Shown one piece after another: positions 1 through 9,488 of a stretch of DNA of 37,116 nt. The position numbers and the translations under genes are program-made. The notes beneath the pieces were generated by a model. It worked only from the letters and a program-made list of their open reading frames with translations, did no database searches and had not been told where the DNA came from. Source of the stretch: Promethearchaeota archaeon (GTDB lineage Archaea > Asgardarchaeota > Lokiarchaeia > Sigyniarchaeales > SOKP01); contig JAUVXW010000039.1 in the NCBI GenBank assembly GCA_030603385.1, positions 1-37,116 on the forward strand. Reading direction: 5' to 3'. Within the stretch, counting starts at the first letter, position 1. Every line of letters starts with the position of its first letter.

Positions 1-373
1 GACTTTTATCTAGAAATCTATCAATTATCTGGATATAATCTAGCTCTCTAGATAATAAATTTTCATATAATGTTTTAGCAATTTGTTCTCCTTTCCTAGT
101 AAGCTTAAAAATATTAATTTTCTTGTTCTCATCAAAAGGTAGTTCTTCTTTAGAAATCCATGAATTATCAATAAAGACTTGAACTACATCATTAGTTTGT
201 TGTGAAAAGTCGCCATAATCATAAGGAGAATAATTAACATCAACTTCTAATTCACTATCTAATCTAATAATATCAACTAATTTCTGTAATGTAGTGCTAC
301 CTCTTATTTCTCCTTTAAATTTATAAAATAGGATGAAAATTAAATCTCCTAAATTAATTTTTTTAGTTTTCAT
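1..373 (-). CDS. YwgA/Panacea(SocA)-like winged-helix protein, 3' end outside window
   Basis: Not in the ORF track; hand translation from ATG at 373 gives MKTKKINLGDLIFILFYKFKGEIRGSTTLQKLVDII...YSPYDYGDFSQQ...FKLTRKGEQIA, open to the window edge. G-x-T-x-LQKL and Y-x-YG-x-FS motifs. Confidence 0.6.
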   Translation of the reverse strand, partial: MKTKKINLGDLIFILFYKFKGEIRGSTTLQKLVDIIRLDSELEVDVNYSPYDYGDFSQQTNDVVQVFIDNSWISKEELPFDENKKINIFKLTRKGEQIAKTLYENLLSRELDYIQIIDRFLDKS

Positions 374-785
374 AACACTCTCATCTATGATATTATCATC
401 AATCAAAAAGAAAAAGTTGATGGTTTAAAATAAGTTAAAATTTAAAGATATATAAAGAAAAAGGGACAAAGAAAAAATAAATTTCTTTATATAATTTAAA
501 ATATCTTAAAAAATTGGAATGTAAGTTAATATTCAATTCAGAAATTCTTCCTACTTTAGATTATTAAGTTGTAATATCTTTATAATACTTAAAAAATTCC
601 TAGGTAATTTATAGACAAACAAAAATATTTCCTAAAAATAATTACATTGATTGTGGTTAATTAAATGGTTGTTAAGAGAAATTTTCTTTTAAAATTAATT
701 TTTAAAATATTTATATATACTTGAAATTTAAGATTGGGTAAATTCAAGTTAATAATCTCATAACAAAAGTATAGAAAATAAAAAA

Positions 786-938
786 TCGGTTATTTCACGA
801 ATCTAGACTTTAACATTTTTAAACATTGATTGTAGAGGAAATATCCTTAGGAATATATCTTTACTCTTGAAAATTTACAGTTTTATTTGGTTAAATTAAG
901 CTCAAATATGAAGATTAGGACCTATAACCGTTTCGCGA
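786..938 (+). repeat. A-spacer-B unit 1 (putative recombination site)
   Basis: TCGGTTATTTCACGA at 786-800, 124-bp spacer, TAACCGTTTCGCGA at 925-938. Confidence 0.85.
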
Positions 939-1127
939 ACTAATATAATATCATAGTATTTATCTAAATGTCACGTGAATTATAGGATCTATATTCAAAA
1001 AATGAAAGGAATTGCAGTTTAATTCTTGGTCATTATATGTATCAAATTAATTTATGTGTATTACTTTTAATTAATTAGAATTATATAGGAATTAAACAAA
1101 TTTATTCAAATTTATAATATAGTTATT

Positions 1128-1586
1128 ATGAGATATAAATTAAAATTATATCTGGACACATCAGTTATCTCAGCACTTTTTGATGAAAGAAATCCTGAAC
1201 GGAAATCTCTTACTGAATCATTTTTTGATGATATAGAAACATTTGAAATTTATATCTCAAATATTACTACATTGGAAATTGAAAAAACACCTGATAAAAA
1301 TCTTAAAAAATTAATGAAAGAAAGCATAACAAAATTTACAGTTCTTTCTGTTTCGGATGATGTTGAAGAATTAGCAAGAGAAATCATTCAAAAAGGAGCA
1401 ATTAATGCATCATATTCTGAAGATTCTTATCATATTGCTATAGCTATAATTAATGAAATGGATTTCCTTTTAAGTTGGAATTTTAGGCATATTGTTAGAA
1501 AAAAAACAAAGGATATTGTTAGAATGATCAGCAGTTTAAAAAATTTAAGACAAATAGAAATATTAACTCCTGCTGAATTATTATAA
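1128..1586 (+). CDS. PIN-domain (VapC-like) ribonuclease toxin
   Basis: LYLDTSV N-terminus, ED-x-x-HIA and LLSWNF-x-H motifs. Confidence 0.85.
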   Translation: MRYKLKLYLDTSVISALFDERNPERKSLTESFFDDIETFEIYISNITTLEIEKTPDKNLKKLMKESITKFTVLSVSDDVEELAREIIQKGAINASYSEDSYHIAIAIINEMDFLLSWNFRHIVRKKTKDIVRMISSLKNLRQIEILTPAELL

Positions 1587-1601
1587 TGAGGTTAAGATAT
1601 A

Positions 1602-1784
1602 ATGCTAGAAAAAGAAGAACTAGAGAAAATTAAAAAAGAAATTGAACGTGAATTTCCAAATGATTTTGCTTTGCAACAAATTCATATCGCAAGAAAGATC
1701 ATTGCTAAAGAAGCAGAAATGAAGGGTCTAAGTTATCTTGATTACATTAAATTGAGTATAAAAGATATGGAAGCAGTTCAATAA
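1602..1784 (+). CDS. small helical protein downstream of PIN gene, probable antitoxin
   Basis: 60 aa, GAGGT RBS; paralogues at 4510 (also directly after a PIN tail) and 3298. Confidence 0.6.
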   Translation: MLEKEELEKIKKEIEREFPNDFALQQIHIARKIIAKEAEMKGLSYLDYIKLSIKDMEAVQ

Positions 1785-1828
1785 AATAATTTATGTATAG
1801 TATTACGATAACCTATATTTAGTGAACT

Positions 1829-2056
1829 TTATTGGCATTGTGCTAATCTCGGTATTAATTCTTCGATATTCATCTGAACGAGATCATTAAGATTTAACTT
1901 TCTCCCTGTATAATTTAAAATCTCTACACCTACAATATTATCATTCTTGTCATAATCGATTATAATTCCTTCTGCTATTTCATCTGAATTTGAGATTTTT
2001 TCACTTGAAAATCGAATGTAGAGAGCATTTGCCATCTTATCAAAAGAGAAGTTCAT
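1829..2056 (-). CDS. DUF2283 family protein (putative antitoxin), copy 1
   Basis: FDKMANALYIRF...IIIDYD...IVGVEIL pattern. Confidence 0.8.
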   Translation of the reverse strand: MNFSFDKMANALYIRFSSEKISNSDEIAEGIIIDYDKNDNIVGVEILNYTGRKLNLNDLVQMNIEELIPRLAQCQ

Positions 2057-2135
2057 AGTTACTATAAAGGAGTATTTAATTAAATATTTATTCTATAATA
2101 ATAAGATTAAATTGAGGTTAAATTTATTTTCATTC

Positions 2136-2150
2136 TCGGTTATTTCACGA
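2136..2150 (+). repeat. A box (unpaired)
   Basis: TCGGTTATTTCACGA; similarity with the 4422-5058 duplicate stops at its last base. Confidence 0.85.
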
Positions 2151-2376
2151 TTGTATTGTAGAATTAGTTTTAAATTATTATATCTTAAATTTTAATAATA
2201 ACTCATGATACTTGTTGACTCTTGAATTAGCTGTTGTTTTCCGGAGGTTGTTTAATAACTCAATTCCTTAATATCCTTATTAAATATTATAGATATATTA
2301 TTATTTTTTGAGGATTTTTAATTACACAGTGAAATTTTAAACAGGAATAGATTATTTAAATAAAAAAAGAGGTCAT

Positions 2377-2561
2377 TCGCTTATTTCACGAATCTTATTT
2401 AATAAATTCATTCTTGGGTATTATAACCTTAATTTTGCGAATATTAATTATTTTTTTATAAATTTTAATTACCCAAAATCTCACTTCTTAAGTTGTTAAA
2501 TAGAGATTTCGGTCTAATTAAAGTTTCAGCTTTCAACTTAAATTCTATAACTGTTTCTAGA
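2377..2561 (+). repeat. A-spacer-B unit 2 (degenerate, 156-bp spacer)
   Basis: TCGCTTATTTCACGA at 2377-2391; TAACTGTTTCTAGA at 2548-2561. Confidence 0.65.
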
Positions 2562-2816
2562 AGATTTATATATATATTTTTGCATAATACATTGAGTTTT
2601 CGTTGTATTATCTGAAAATAATCAGACTCTTTATCAATTTAAATCATAGAATCTTGTATATTATTGGTAAATATTATTAATATAATATTGGCATTTTTTC
2701 AGTTTGTAATAACAAAATATAATTCTCAGAATTTCTTGAAGTAATATAGGAAATAAAATAATTTTCTCAACAAATTTTTTATTTTATATTTCAATTGGAA
2801 AAATCTGATATGAATA

Positions 2817-3023
2817 ATGAATGAAATAATATTTCTTGTCGAAGAATCTTTAGAAGGAGGCTATGAAGCAAGAGCTTTAGAAACCTCTATCCATACGGAA
2901 GCCGATAATCTAACTGAGTTAAAGGACTCAATTAGAGATGCTATAAGATGTCATTTTAATGAGAAAGAAAGACCTCGAATCATACGATTACATTTTGTAA
3001 AAGAAGAGGTTATAAATTTATGA
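2817..3023 (+). CDS. HicB-like antitoxin (short form)
   Basis: EIIFLVEESLEGGYEARAL...IHTEAD...IRDAIRCHF; ATGA overlap with hicA. Confidence 0.75.
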   Translation: MNEIIFLVEESLEGGYEARALETSIHTEADNLTELKDSIRDAIRCHFNEKERPRIIRLHFVKEEVINL

Positions 3024-3262
3024 TAATCCCGTGAAATATTAGCGGGATGAAATTATCCAAATTACTAAAAAGATTTGGATTTGAAATCACAAGGCAGACG
3101 AGAAGTCATATGAGATTAAGTACAACAATAGGAGGAGAATTTCATATTACTATTCCAAATCATAAGAGTTTGAAAATAGGTACAATTAATAATATATTAT
3201 CGGATATTGCAAAGTATCTCGAAATAGATAAGATAGAACTTATCAAGGCATTATTTGGATAA
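3020..3262 (+). pseudogene. hicA: HicA toxin with in-frame TGA at codon 5 (track ORF restarts at 3047)
   Basis: ATG ATA ATC CCG TGA AAT ATT AGC GGG ATG is in frame with the HicA body; the conserved GSH motif reads RSH. Confidence 0.7.
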
Positions 3263-3297
3263 GCAGGTATTCTATTTCATAATGAAGGCAAAAAAGA

Positions 3298-3384
3298 ATG
3301 TTGGATAAAAAAGAAATTGAAGATATTAAAAAAGAAATAGAATATGAATTTCCAAATAATCAATATATAAGAGCAATTAATTAA
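3298..3384 (+). pseudogene. truncated copy of the 1602..1784 small protein
   Basis: MLDKKEIEDIKKEIEYEFPN then diverges and stops. Confidence 0.65.
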
Positions 3385-3443
3385 ATACTTATTCTAGTAC
3401 ATTTGGATTAAACATTATTTTTTCATTTATTTGATTATAATAT

Positions 3444-3595
3444 TCGTTTATTTCACGAATCCCTAAAAAAAAGCTATGTTAATCATTTATTGTCTAATTT
3501 ATAATTAACTATTTGAACGTTTGAGAATTTAAAATTCGATTTTTTTAGGAAACAAGTGCTATATTTATCACTTAAAATTGGTAACCGTTTCACGA
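3444..3595 (+). repeat. A-spacer-B unit 3
   Basis: TCGTTTATTTCACGA at 3444-3458, 123-bp spacer, TAACCGTTTCACGA at 3582-3595. Confidence 0.85.
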
Positions 3596-3634
3596 TTTTT
3601 TTTAAGCTTATAAAAAATGAATTAGAGGTTGCTT

Positions 3635-3955
3635 TTAAGAAATAATTTCCCCATATTCTAAGGCGTCCATGATGAGAGAAGATCCGCCTTTAATTCTTTC
3701 AAATTCTTCTGGAGTATAACAGATATAATCAATATGTCTAGGAAAATCAAACTTTTTTAATAAGGATGGCATTCGTTCAATAAATGGGATTTCTTGGAAC
3801 AACTTTGACACGATTATTATGTCTAAGTCAGAATTCAATGTAGTATTCCCTTTTATTCGAGATCCGAAAATTATGATTGCTTTGGGGTTATATTCTTTAA
3901 GTATCTGTGGCAATAATGTCTTTTTAAAAAGTTTAGTTAATTTATTATCCTTCAT
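3635..3955 (-). CDS. minimal nucleotidyltransferase (MNT) antitoxin
   Basis: FGSR-x-KG...SDLDIIIV pol-beta NTase motif; overlaps the HEPN gene. Confidence 0.85.
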   Translation of the reverse strand: MKDNKLTKLFKKTLLPQILKEYNPKAIIIFGSRIKGNTTLNSDLDIIIVSKLFQEIPFIERMPSLLKKFDFPRHIDYICYTPEEFERIKGGSSLIMDALEYGEIIS

Positions 3956-4346
3956 TTTTTAATAACTCCTTATATCTATTTTCTAATTGAGCAAATATAT
4001 GTTTTGCTTTTTCTACTTTACTTTTGGCTATATTCTCAGTATAAATTTCATATGGTACTTGTTCAGTAACATCAGGATATCGAGCAATAATATAGTCTCC
4101 TGTCAAATCGATGACTTTATCCAAGATTTGATTCGATAAATTTAATCTTTTACCTAAATCCTCAATATAATGAATTTTGGGAATTTTTTTTCCTTCAAGA
4201 GCAAAAATCGATTTTAATAATTTTTCAATAGATTGATGAGAGAGAAATGCTGCAATATCATACCCTCCAATAGAGATATTTTTCTCAGCTATTTCTAAAT
4301 CATGTTTGGCTTGTTTAAACCATTTGAGAGCTATTTCTTTATTCAT
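3945..4346 (-). CDS. HEPN domain protein
   Basis: W-x-x-QA-x-x-DL, AAFLSHQSIEKLLK, PKIH and ARYPD motifs. Confidence 0.85.
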   Translation of the reverse strand: MNKEIALKWFKQAKHDLEIAEKNISIGGYDIAAFLSHQSIEKLLKSIFALEGKKIPKIHYIEDLGKRLNLSNQILDKVIDLTGDYIIARYPDVTEQVPYEIYTENIAKSKVEKAKHIFAQLENRYKELLKNEG

Positions 4347-4421
4347 ATGGAGCCTTTATACTATTAATGGAAATTTCTTCTTATATTATGAATAGCGTTT
4401 GATATTTAAATCTTTTAAGAA

Positions 4422-4493
4422 ATTGTAAGAATGATCATTACATTAAGAAATTTAAGACAAATAGAAATATTAACTCCTGCTGAATTATTATAA
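4422..4493 (+). pseudogene. 3' remnant of a PIN toxin paralogous to 1128..1586
   Basis: IVRMIITLRNLRQIEILTPAELL* versus IVRMISSLKNLRQIEILTPAELL*. Confidence 0.8.
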
Positions 4494-4509
4494 TAGAGAT
4501 AGATAAATA

Positions 4510-4671
4510 ATGTTAAATAAAGAAGAAATTGAAGAAATTAAAAAAGGAATTGAATCCGAATTTCCAAATGATTTCGCTTTGCAACAAATTCATATTGCTA
4601 GAAAGATCATTGCTAAGGAAGCAGAGAAAAAGGGTTTAAATTATCTCGACTACATTAAATTAATCACTTAA
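4510..4671 (+). CDS. second copy of the small PIN-associated protein (53 aa, slightly early stop)
   Basis: MLNKEEIEEIKKGIESEFPNDFALQQIHIARKIIAKEAEKKGLNYLDYIKLIT*; below the track length cutoff. Confidence 0.7.
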   Translation: MLNKEEIEEIKKGIESEFPNDFALQQIHIARKIIAKEAEKKGLNYLDYIKLIT

Positions 4672-4736
4672 AACATAGAAATGGTTTAATAAGCCTATTT
4701 ATGAACACAATCAAAATAATCCATGTATATTGAATT

Positions 4737-4964
4737 TTATTGGCATTCTGCTAATCTCGGTATTAATTCTTCAATATTCATCTGAACAAGATCATTAAGA
4801 TTTAACTTTCTCTCTGTATAATTTAAAATCTCTACACCTACAATATTATCATTCTTGCCATAATCGATTATAATTCCTTCTGCTATTTCATCTGAATTTG
4901 AGATTTTTTCACTTGAAAATCGAATGTAGAGAGCATTTGCCATCTTATCAAAAGAGAAGTTCAT
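4737..4964 (-). CDS. DUF2283 family protein, copy 2
   Basis: 3 aa differences from 1829..2056. Confidence 0.8.
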   Translation of the reverse strand: MNFSFDKMANALYIRFSSEKISNSDEIAEGIIIDYGKNDNIVGVEILNYTERKLNLNDLVQMNIEELIPRLAECQ

Positions 4965-5043
4965 AGTTATTATAAAGGAGTTTTTAATTATATATTTATT
5001 CTATAATTATAAGACTGAATTGAGATAAAATTTATCTTCATTC

Positions 5044-5197
5044 TCGGTTATTTCACGAAAACGTATCCTCAGTCAGTTATTTTCTGCTTTTGCTTAAAAT
5101 TTAAGCAAGATCTTAAATAGTCCAAAAATCTAATTTTTGGTTCTCTAAAGGAGAGAATCCCTTTTTGATAAGATAAAATTTGATAACCGCTTCAGGA
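5044..5197 (+). repeat. A-spacer-B unit 4 (spacer type S)
   Basis: TCGGTTATTTCACGA at 5044-5058, 125-bp spacer, TAACCGCTTCAGGA at 5184-5197. Confidence 0.85.
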
Positions 5198-5305
5198 ACA
5201 AATGTGATATTAGGGTATATATGGTGATATTTCATTTGTATTATGATTTTATATCTCTAATACCCAATCCTTTAAGGAATAGTAGTTAACCTGTGTAATT
5301 TTTTA

Positions 5306-5671
5306 TTAGGTCGAAGAAATCTCTTTTTTTCCTTCCTTTAATATGTTTTGAATTTCTGATTTTAGTTTCGGCAATCTTTTTTGAACAGTTTCCCAGACAA
5401 GATTAAGATCAACGTCGGAATAACCATGAATCAATCTATCTCTCATCCCCGCCATTTCTTTCCAAGGTATTTGTGAGTATTGATCCCTGATGTTATTAGA
5501 AATGTTTTTTGTTGCTTCCCCAATGATTTCAAACTTTCTTATCACTGCACTCATAGTTTTGTCATCTTTTTTAAAATCTTCAAAATTCATTCCTTCTACA
5601 AAGGTGTCTATGCTTTTTAATGCATTTACGATATCATTAAGATATCTTAGGTGATTTTTACTCATATACAA
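5306..5671 (-). CDS. HepT-like (DUF86) HEPN ribonuclease toxin
   Basis: EIIGEA, IPWK-x-MAGMRDRLIHGY with R-x4-H motif. Confidence 0.9.
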   Translation of the reverse strand: MYMSKNHLRYLNDIVNALKSIDTFVEGMNFEDFKKDDKTMSAVIRKFEIIGEATKNISNNIRDQYSQIPWKEMAGMRDRLIHGYSDVDLNLVWETVQKRLPKLKSEIQNILKEGKKEISST

Positions 5672-5954
5672 CCTCTTGTAGAATATTTTCCCTTAAATCC
5701 TTTTTTAAAGCGGGTTTAGAAATCACGTCGACCTTTCGCTTAAACTTTTCTTCTAGAAAAAAGATCAAACCCATGTAATCAAATAAATCCGCGCCTTTTT
5801 CGAACTCTACTAAAAAGTCGATGTCACTTGAGTCTTTTTGTATATCTTTGACGTATGAACCAAATAAACCAATTGATTTTACTTTATATTCAGACTTAAT
5901 GTCCTTTTTCATATCTTTCAGAATATTGAGAATTCGAGTCTTATCAAGCAGCAT
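5658..5954 (-). CDS. MntA-like nucleotidyltransferase antitoxin
   Basis: IGLFGSY...SSDIDFLVEF, RKVDV. Confidence 0.9.
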   Translation of the reverse strand: MLLDKTRILNILKDMKKDIKSEYKVKSIGLFGSYVKDIQKDSSDIDFLVEFEKGADLFDYMGLIFFLEEKFKRKVDVISKPALKKDLRENILQEVVYE

Positions 5955-6121
5955 CTAAACATCCTCGTGATTTAAATGAAGAAAAAGTATTTTATTAGAT
6001 AATTTTTTTGAATAATTTCATTATATTAAAAGTATTTCCACTATATTAAATCATGGGAGTGCAGAAATTTTAGTATTTAATATTAGCTACATATTCTCTA
6101 AATATGAGTTTCAGTTTTTAT

Positions 6122-6150
6122 TAAGATAAAATTTGATAAACGTTTCACGA
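6122..6150 (+). repeat. 3' end of spacer S plus B box
   Basis: TAAGATAAAATTTGA-TAAACGTTTCACGA matches 5169-5197. Confidence 0.8.
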
Positions 6151-6221
6151 AGTGTTAAATTTCATAAGATTCTAATCTTAACTCAAAATCTTGAAAGTGG
6201 CGAATATTTCTTGTAGGTGGA

Positions 6222-6833
6222 ATGGTCACAATTGATAATGCTTTTACTCCACAACTACTTGGCCAAATTTTAAATTGTAATCATACTCTCCATATAGGTA
6301 AAATTTTGAAATGGAATTTTCCTAATTCAAGTTGGTTGGTTGATGTATTCTTTGACGATATATATTTAAAAATAAACCCTATTATTAGTGGATTTTTAAA
6401 TGGAGATGCAATCTTAGGTAATTCAATTAATTCTTTGAGTTGGGATTCCACGACTAAAAATTTCAGTCTTAGCTTAGAAATACCCGAACTCAGTTATGGG
6501 GATTCAATTTCCTTAGATCTTGCAAATTTGGAATATGACATTAATTTTCAAGTTGATTGGATGTTAGGATATGAAACAGGTTGGGGGATTTCTTGGCTAT
6601 TTGGGGAGGGAGATGAATATAAATTAACTACTTGGCCTAAGGTAAATCTCGATTTAGTTTCCACTGAAGGGACAATAGGATTAAAAGCTTGGGTTGCTGG
6701 AGATACTACTTGGATTTCAGCTGATACAGTAAGAGATAGTAATCCCGTGATCTCGAGTTATAATATATTTTTCATGATTGGTGTGATTGGGATTATATCT
6801 GGAATTCTATTAAGAAAGAAATTTTACAAATAG
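6222..6833 (+). CDS. C-terminal fragment of a surface protein with Loki-CTERM-like anchor (probably 5'-truncated)
   Basis: Ends ISSY + hydrophobic helix + RKKFYK; no signal peptide; upstream frame has stops at 6192 and 6165. Confidence 0.55.
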   Translation: MVTIDNAFTPQLLGQILNCNHTLHIGKILKWNFPNSSWLVDVFFDDIYLKINPIISGFLNGDAILGNSINSLSWDSTTKNFSLSLEIPELSYGDSISLDLANLEYDINFQVDWMLGYETGWGISWLFGEGDEYKLTTWPKVNLDLVSTEGTIGLKAWVAGDTTWISADTVRDSNPVISSYNIFFMIGVIGIISGILLRKKFYK

Positions 6834-6861
6834 ACTAAAATAGGAGATTTTTGCATTGTTT

Positions 6862-6935
6862 AAAAATCTAATTTTTGAATCTCTAAAGGAGAGAATCCAT
6901 TTTTGATAAGACAAAAATTAATAACCGTTTCACGA
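6862..6935 (+). repeat. 3' half of spacer S plus B box
   Basis: AAAAATCTAATTTTTG...TCTCTAAAGGAGAGAATCC...GATAAGA...TAACCGTTTCACGA (B box 6922-6935). Confidence 0.85.
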
Positions 6936-7197
6936 TTGAACATAATATCTGAAGATACATGAGTGTAATATTCTAATAATATGAAATAATCATTTTAAAA
7001 TGCCAAGATAAAATCATTCTCAACTAAACCTATAAAGTAAAAGATATTGAGAATTTACATCATATATTTAAATTTATTTCACTTTATTAAATCATAGGAG
7101 CGTAAAATAAAAATTACTTTAAGATTAATTATTAATTGAAAAGCGATTATTAATTCTATGAAAGAGTGAGTAATATCAATTTTTTTTAAGTGAATGA

Positions 7198-7783
<586 letters not shown>

Positions 7784-7921
7784 TGTTATATTCTCATAAT
7801 AGTTTAAAAAAATATTTCTCTAAGTTAAGTGCTCCATGTAATTAATTAATAATGAAGATAATATCACTTTAGACGAATTGAAGTAAATATAAAAAATATT
7901 TTTTATCTGCTATCTTAATAT

Positions 7922-8075
7922 TCGGTTCTTTCACGAATCCCCACAAAAACTAATCTAACAATTATTTTATCCTGAATCTTAATGGTCTAAGAGTCAATTT
8001 ACTAAAAACTCAGCTCTTATTTTTCAATAAATAGACACTTTGAGTTTACCTTTTAGTTCTGTAACCGTTTCACGA
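7922..8075 (+). repeat. A-spacer-B unit 5
   Basis: TCGGTTCTTTCACGA at 7922-7936, 125-bp spacer, TAACCGTTTCACGA at 8062-8075. Confidence 0.85.
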
Positions 8076-8199
8076 ACTTTTTGTAACTATTGAAATCAAG
8101 TTTTAAGCATTTATAAATCCCTAATTTTTGATAATTTGATATTTTAAACAGATTTCCAATATGTATTTAAATAGATTTTACTATATAATATCATAGAAA

Positions 8200-8442
8200 A
8201 TGTCAGACATAATCGAAAGTAATCCGGAAATTCTAGGAGGAAAGCCTATCATTAAGGGAACCAGAATTCCCGTTGCTTTAATCTATGAACTAATTGGATT
8301 GAATTATTCAATAAGCGAAATTCTTAAAGAATATCCACATTTGGATCGTAATATTATTCTAACTCTTCTTAAGATTGGGAAGGATGCAAATGAAAACCTT
8401 ATGAATGTGGATATTGATGAGATTATAAGTAAAGAGGTTTAA
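8200..8442 (+). CDS. DUF433 antitoxin
   Basis: NPEILGGKPIIKGTRIPV...EILKEYPHL. Confidence 0.9.
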   Translation: MSDIIESNPEILGGKPIIKGTRIPVALIYELIGLNYSISEILKEYPHLDRNIILTLLKIGKDANENLMNVDIDEIISKEV

Positions 8443-8445
8443 TTT

Positions 8446-8517
8446 TTGAATTTTCTTCTCGATGAGAATGTACCTATCTCGATTAAAGATGTAATTCATG
8501 ATTTAATTTATTATTGA
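8446..8517 (+). pseudogene. truncated DUF5615 PIN-like toxin
   Basis: TTG start, NFLLDENVPISIKDVIHDL, stop a few codons later. Confidence 0.75.
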
Positions 8518-8629
8518 AAATAAATTATAGATTATTAAAGGTGCTTATCATAGTTTTAAAGAAGTTGTTCTTAATTATAGATCAGAATTAAATTAATTTA
8601 GATGCGTTTCTTATATTTAATTAATAATT

Positions 8630-8863
8630 ATGACTCAAGTGAAATTGGATAAAGCTTTAGCAGAGGATTTAATTACATCTAAATTAAGAATTTTAAAACA
8701 ATATATTGATGAGATACTAACTCGCTATAATGAATCTTCCTCTAAGGAATTCTTAGAGAAAACGCGTAATGGGACTTATAAAAATGCCGAAGATGATGCA
8801 GTAGAATTGCGCCAATTACTTTCAGAATATACTAAATTACAAGAGATATTAAATAATTTATAA
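8630..8863 (+). CDS. small helical protein, probable antitoxin of the DUF6516 gene
   Basis: 77 aa, Y-x-x-SS-x-EFLEK...G...EDD pattern; directly upstream of the DUF6516-like gene. Confidence 0.55.
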   Translation: MTQVKLDKALAEDLITSKLRILKQYIDEILTRYNESSSKEFLEKTRNGTYKNAEDDAVELRQLLSEYTKLQEILNNL

Positions 8864-8883
8864 AAATTTCCGTTGATATATAT

Positions 8884-9245
8884 ATGGATTCTAGAAGGAA
8901 TCTTGAGTTAGCTCGAGAGTCATTATAAATGATTATAATGAATATATAAGAGGTATTATCCTCGATAAAGACCGTCCGGTCTTAAAAATTGTATTTCATA
9001 GAGAAGTCTACCTTTATTTACGTTATAACGATTATGGAGAATATTCTTATAGCACTATCTTTTCTCCTAATCCTGATGATCAAATACGATTTGATAATTA
9101 TGATGATATATGGGATGTAAAAACACGTCCTCATCATTTTCACATTCGAGGAATGAAAAAAGTTATAGAGAGTCCTATGAAAGGAGAACCTGAGCACGAT
9201 ATTCCTATCCTTCTAAAATTTGTGTTAGAAAATATTAAGAAATAG
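8884..9245 (+). pseudogene. DUF6516/TumE-like toxin, frameshifted near 8914-8919
   Basis: MDSRRNLELAR, then in another frame VIINDYNEY...GEYSY...IRFDNYDDIWDVKTRPHHFH...ENIKK*; R-x-DN and PHH-x-H motifs; no start codon ahead of these motifs in the second frame. Confidence 0.75.
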
Positions 9246-9263
9246 TATTGTTTGATTTAATGT

Positions 9264-9406
9264 TCGGTTATTTCACGAAACCGTAATCCTAAGTCAATTG
9301 TTTTCTGCTTTTGCTTAAAAATTTAGCAAGATCTTAAATAATTCATAAATCTAATTTTTGAGACTCTAAAGGAGAGAATCCGTTTTTAATAAGACATAAT
9401 TTGATA
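9264..9406 (+). repeat. A box plus full spacer S; B box lost after TA
   Basis: TCGGTTATTTCACGA at 9264-9278; the spacer aligns to 5059-5185. Confidence 0.85.
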
Positions 9407-9488
9407 GTGGTTTTATATCTAAAAAAGTATAAACTTTATCTTATTTATGTCTTAAACTTCTTAGTAGGAATATTAAGAAAATCAAATG

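Noticed and set aside
3032-3034. Selenocysteine recoding of the hicA TGA
   Set aside because: The position corresponds to the Arg of the usual P-R-x-x-SG start, so a point mutation is simpler; the GSH motif is also mutated.
3030-3042. Reverse-strand A-like box (ATATTTCACGG)
   Set aside because: Inside a coding region, lacks CGGTTA, and opposite in orientation to all other boxes.
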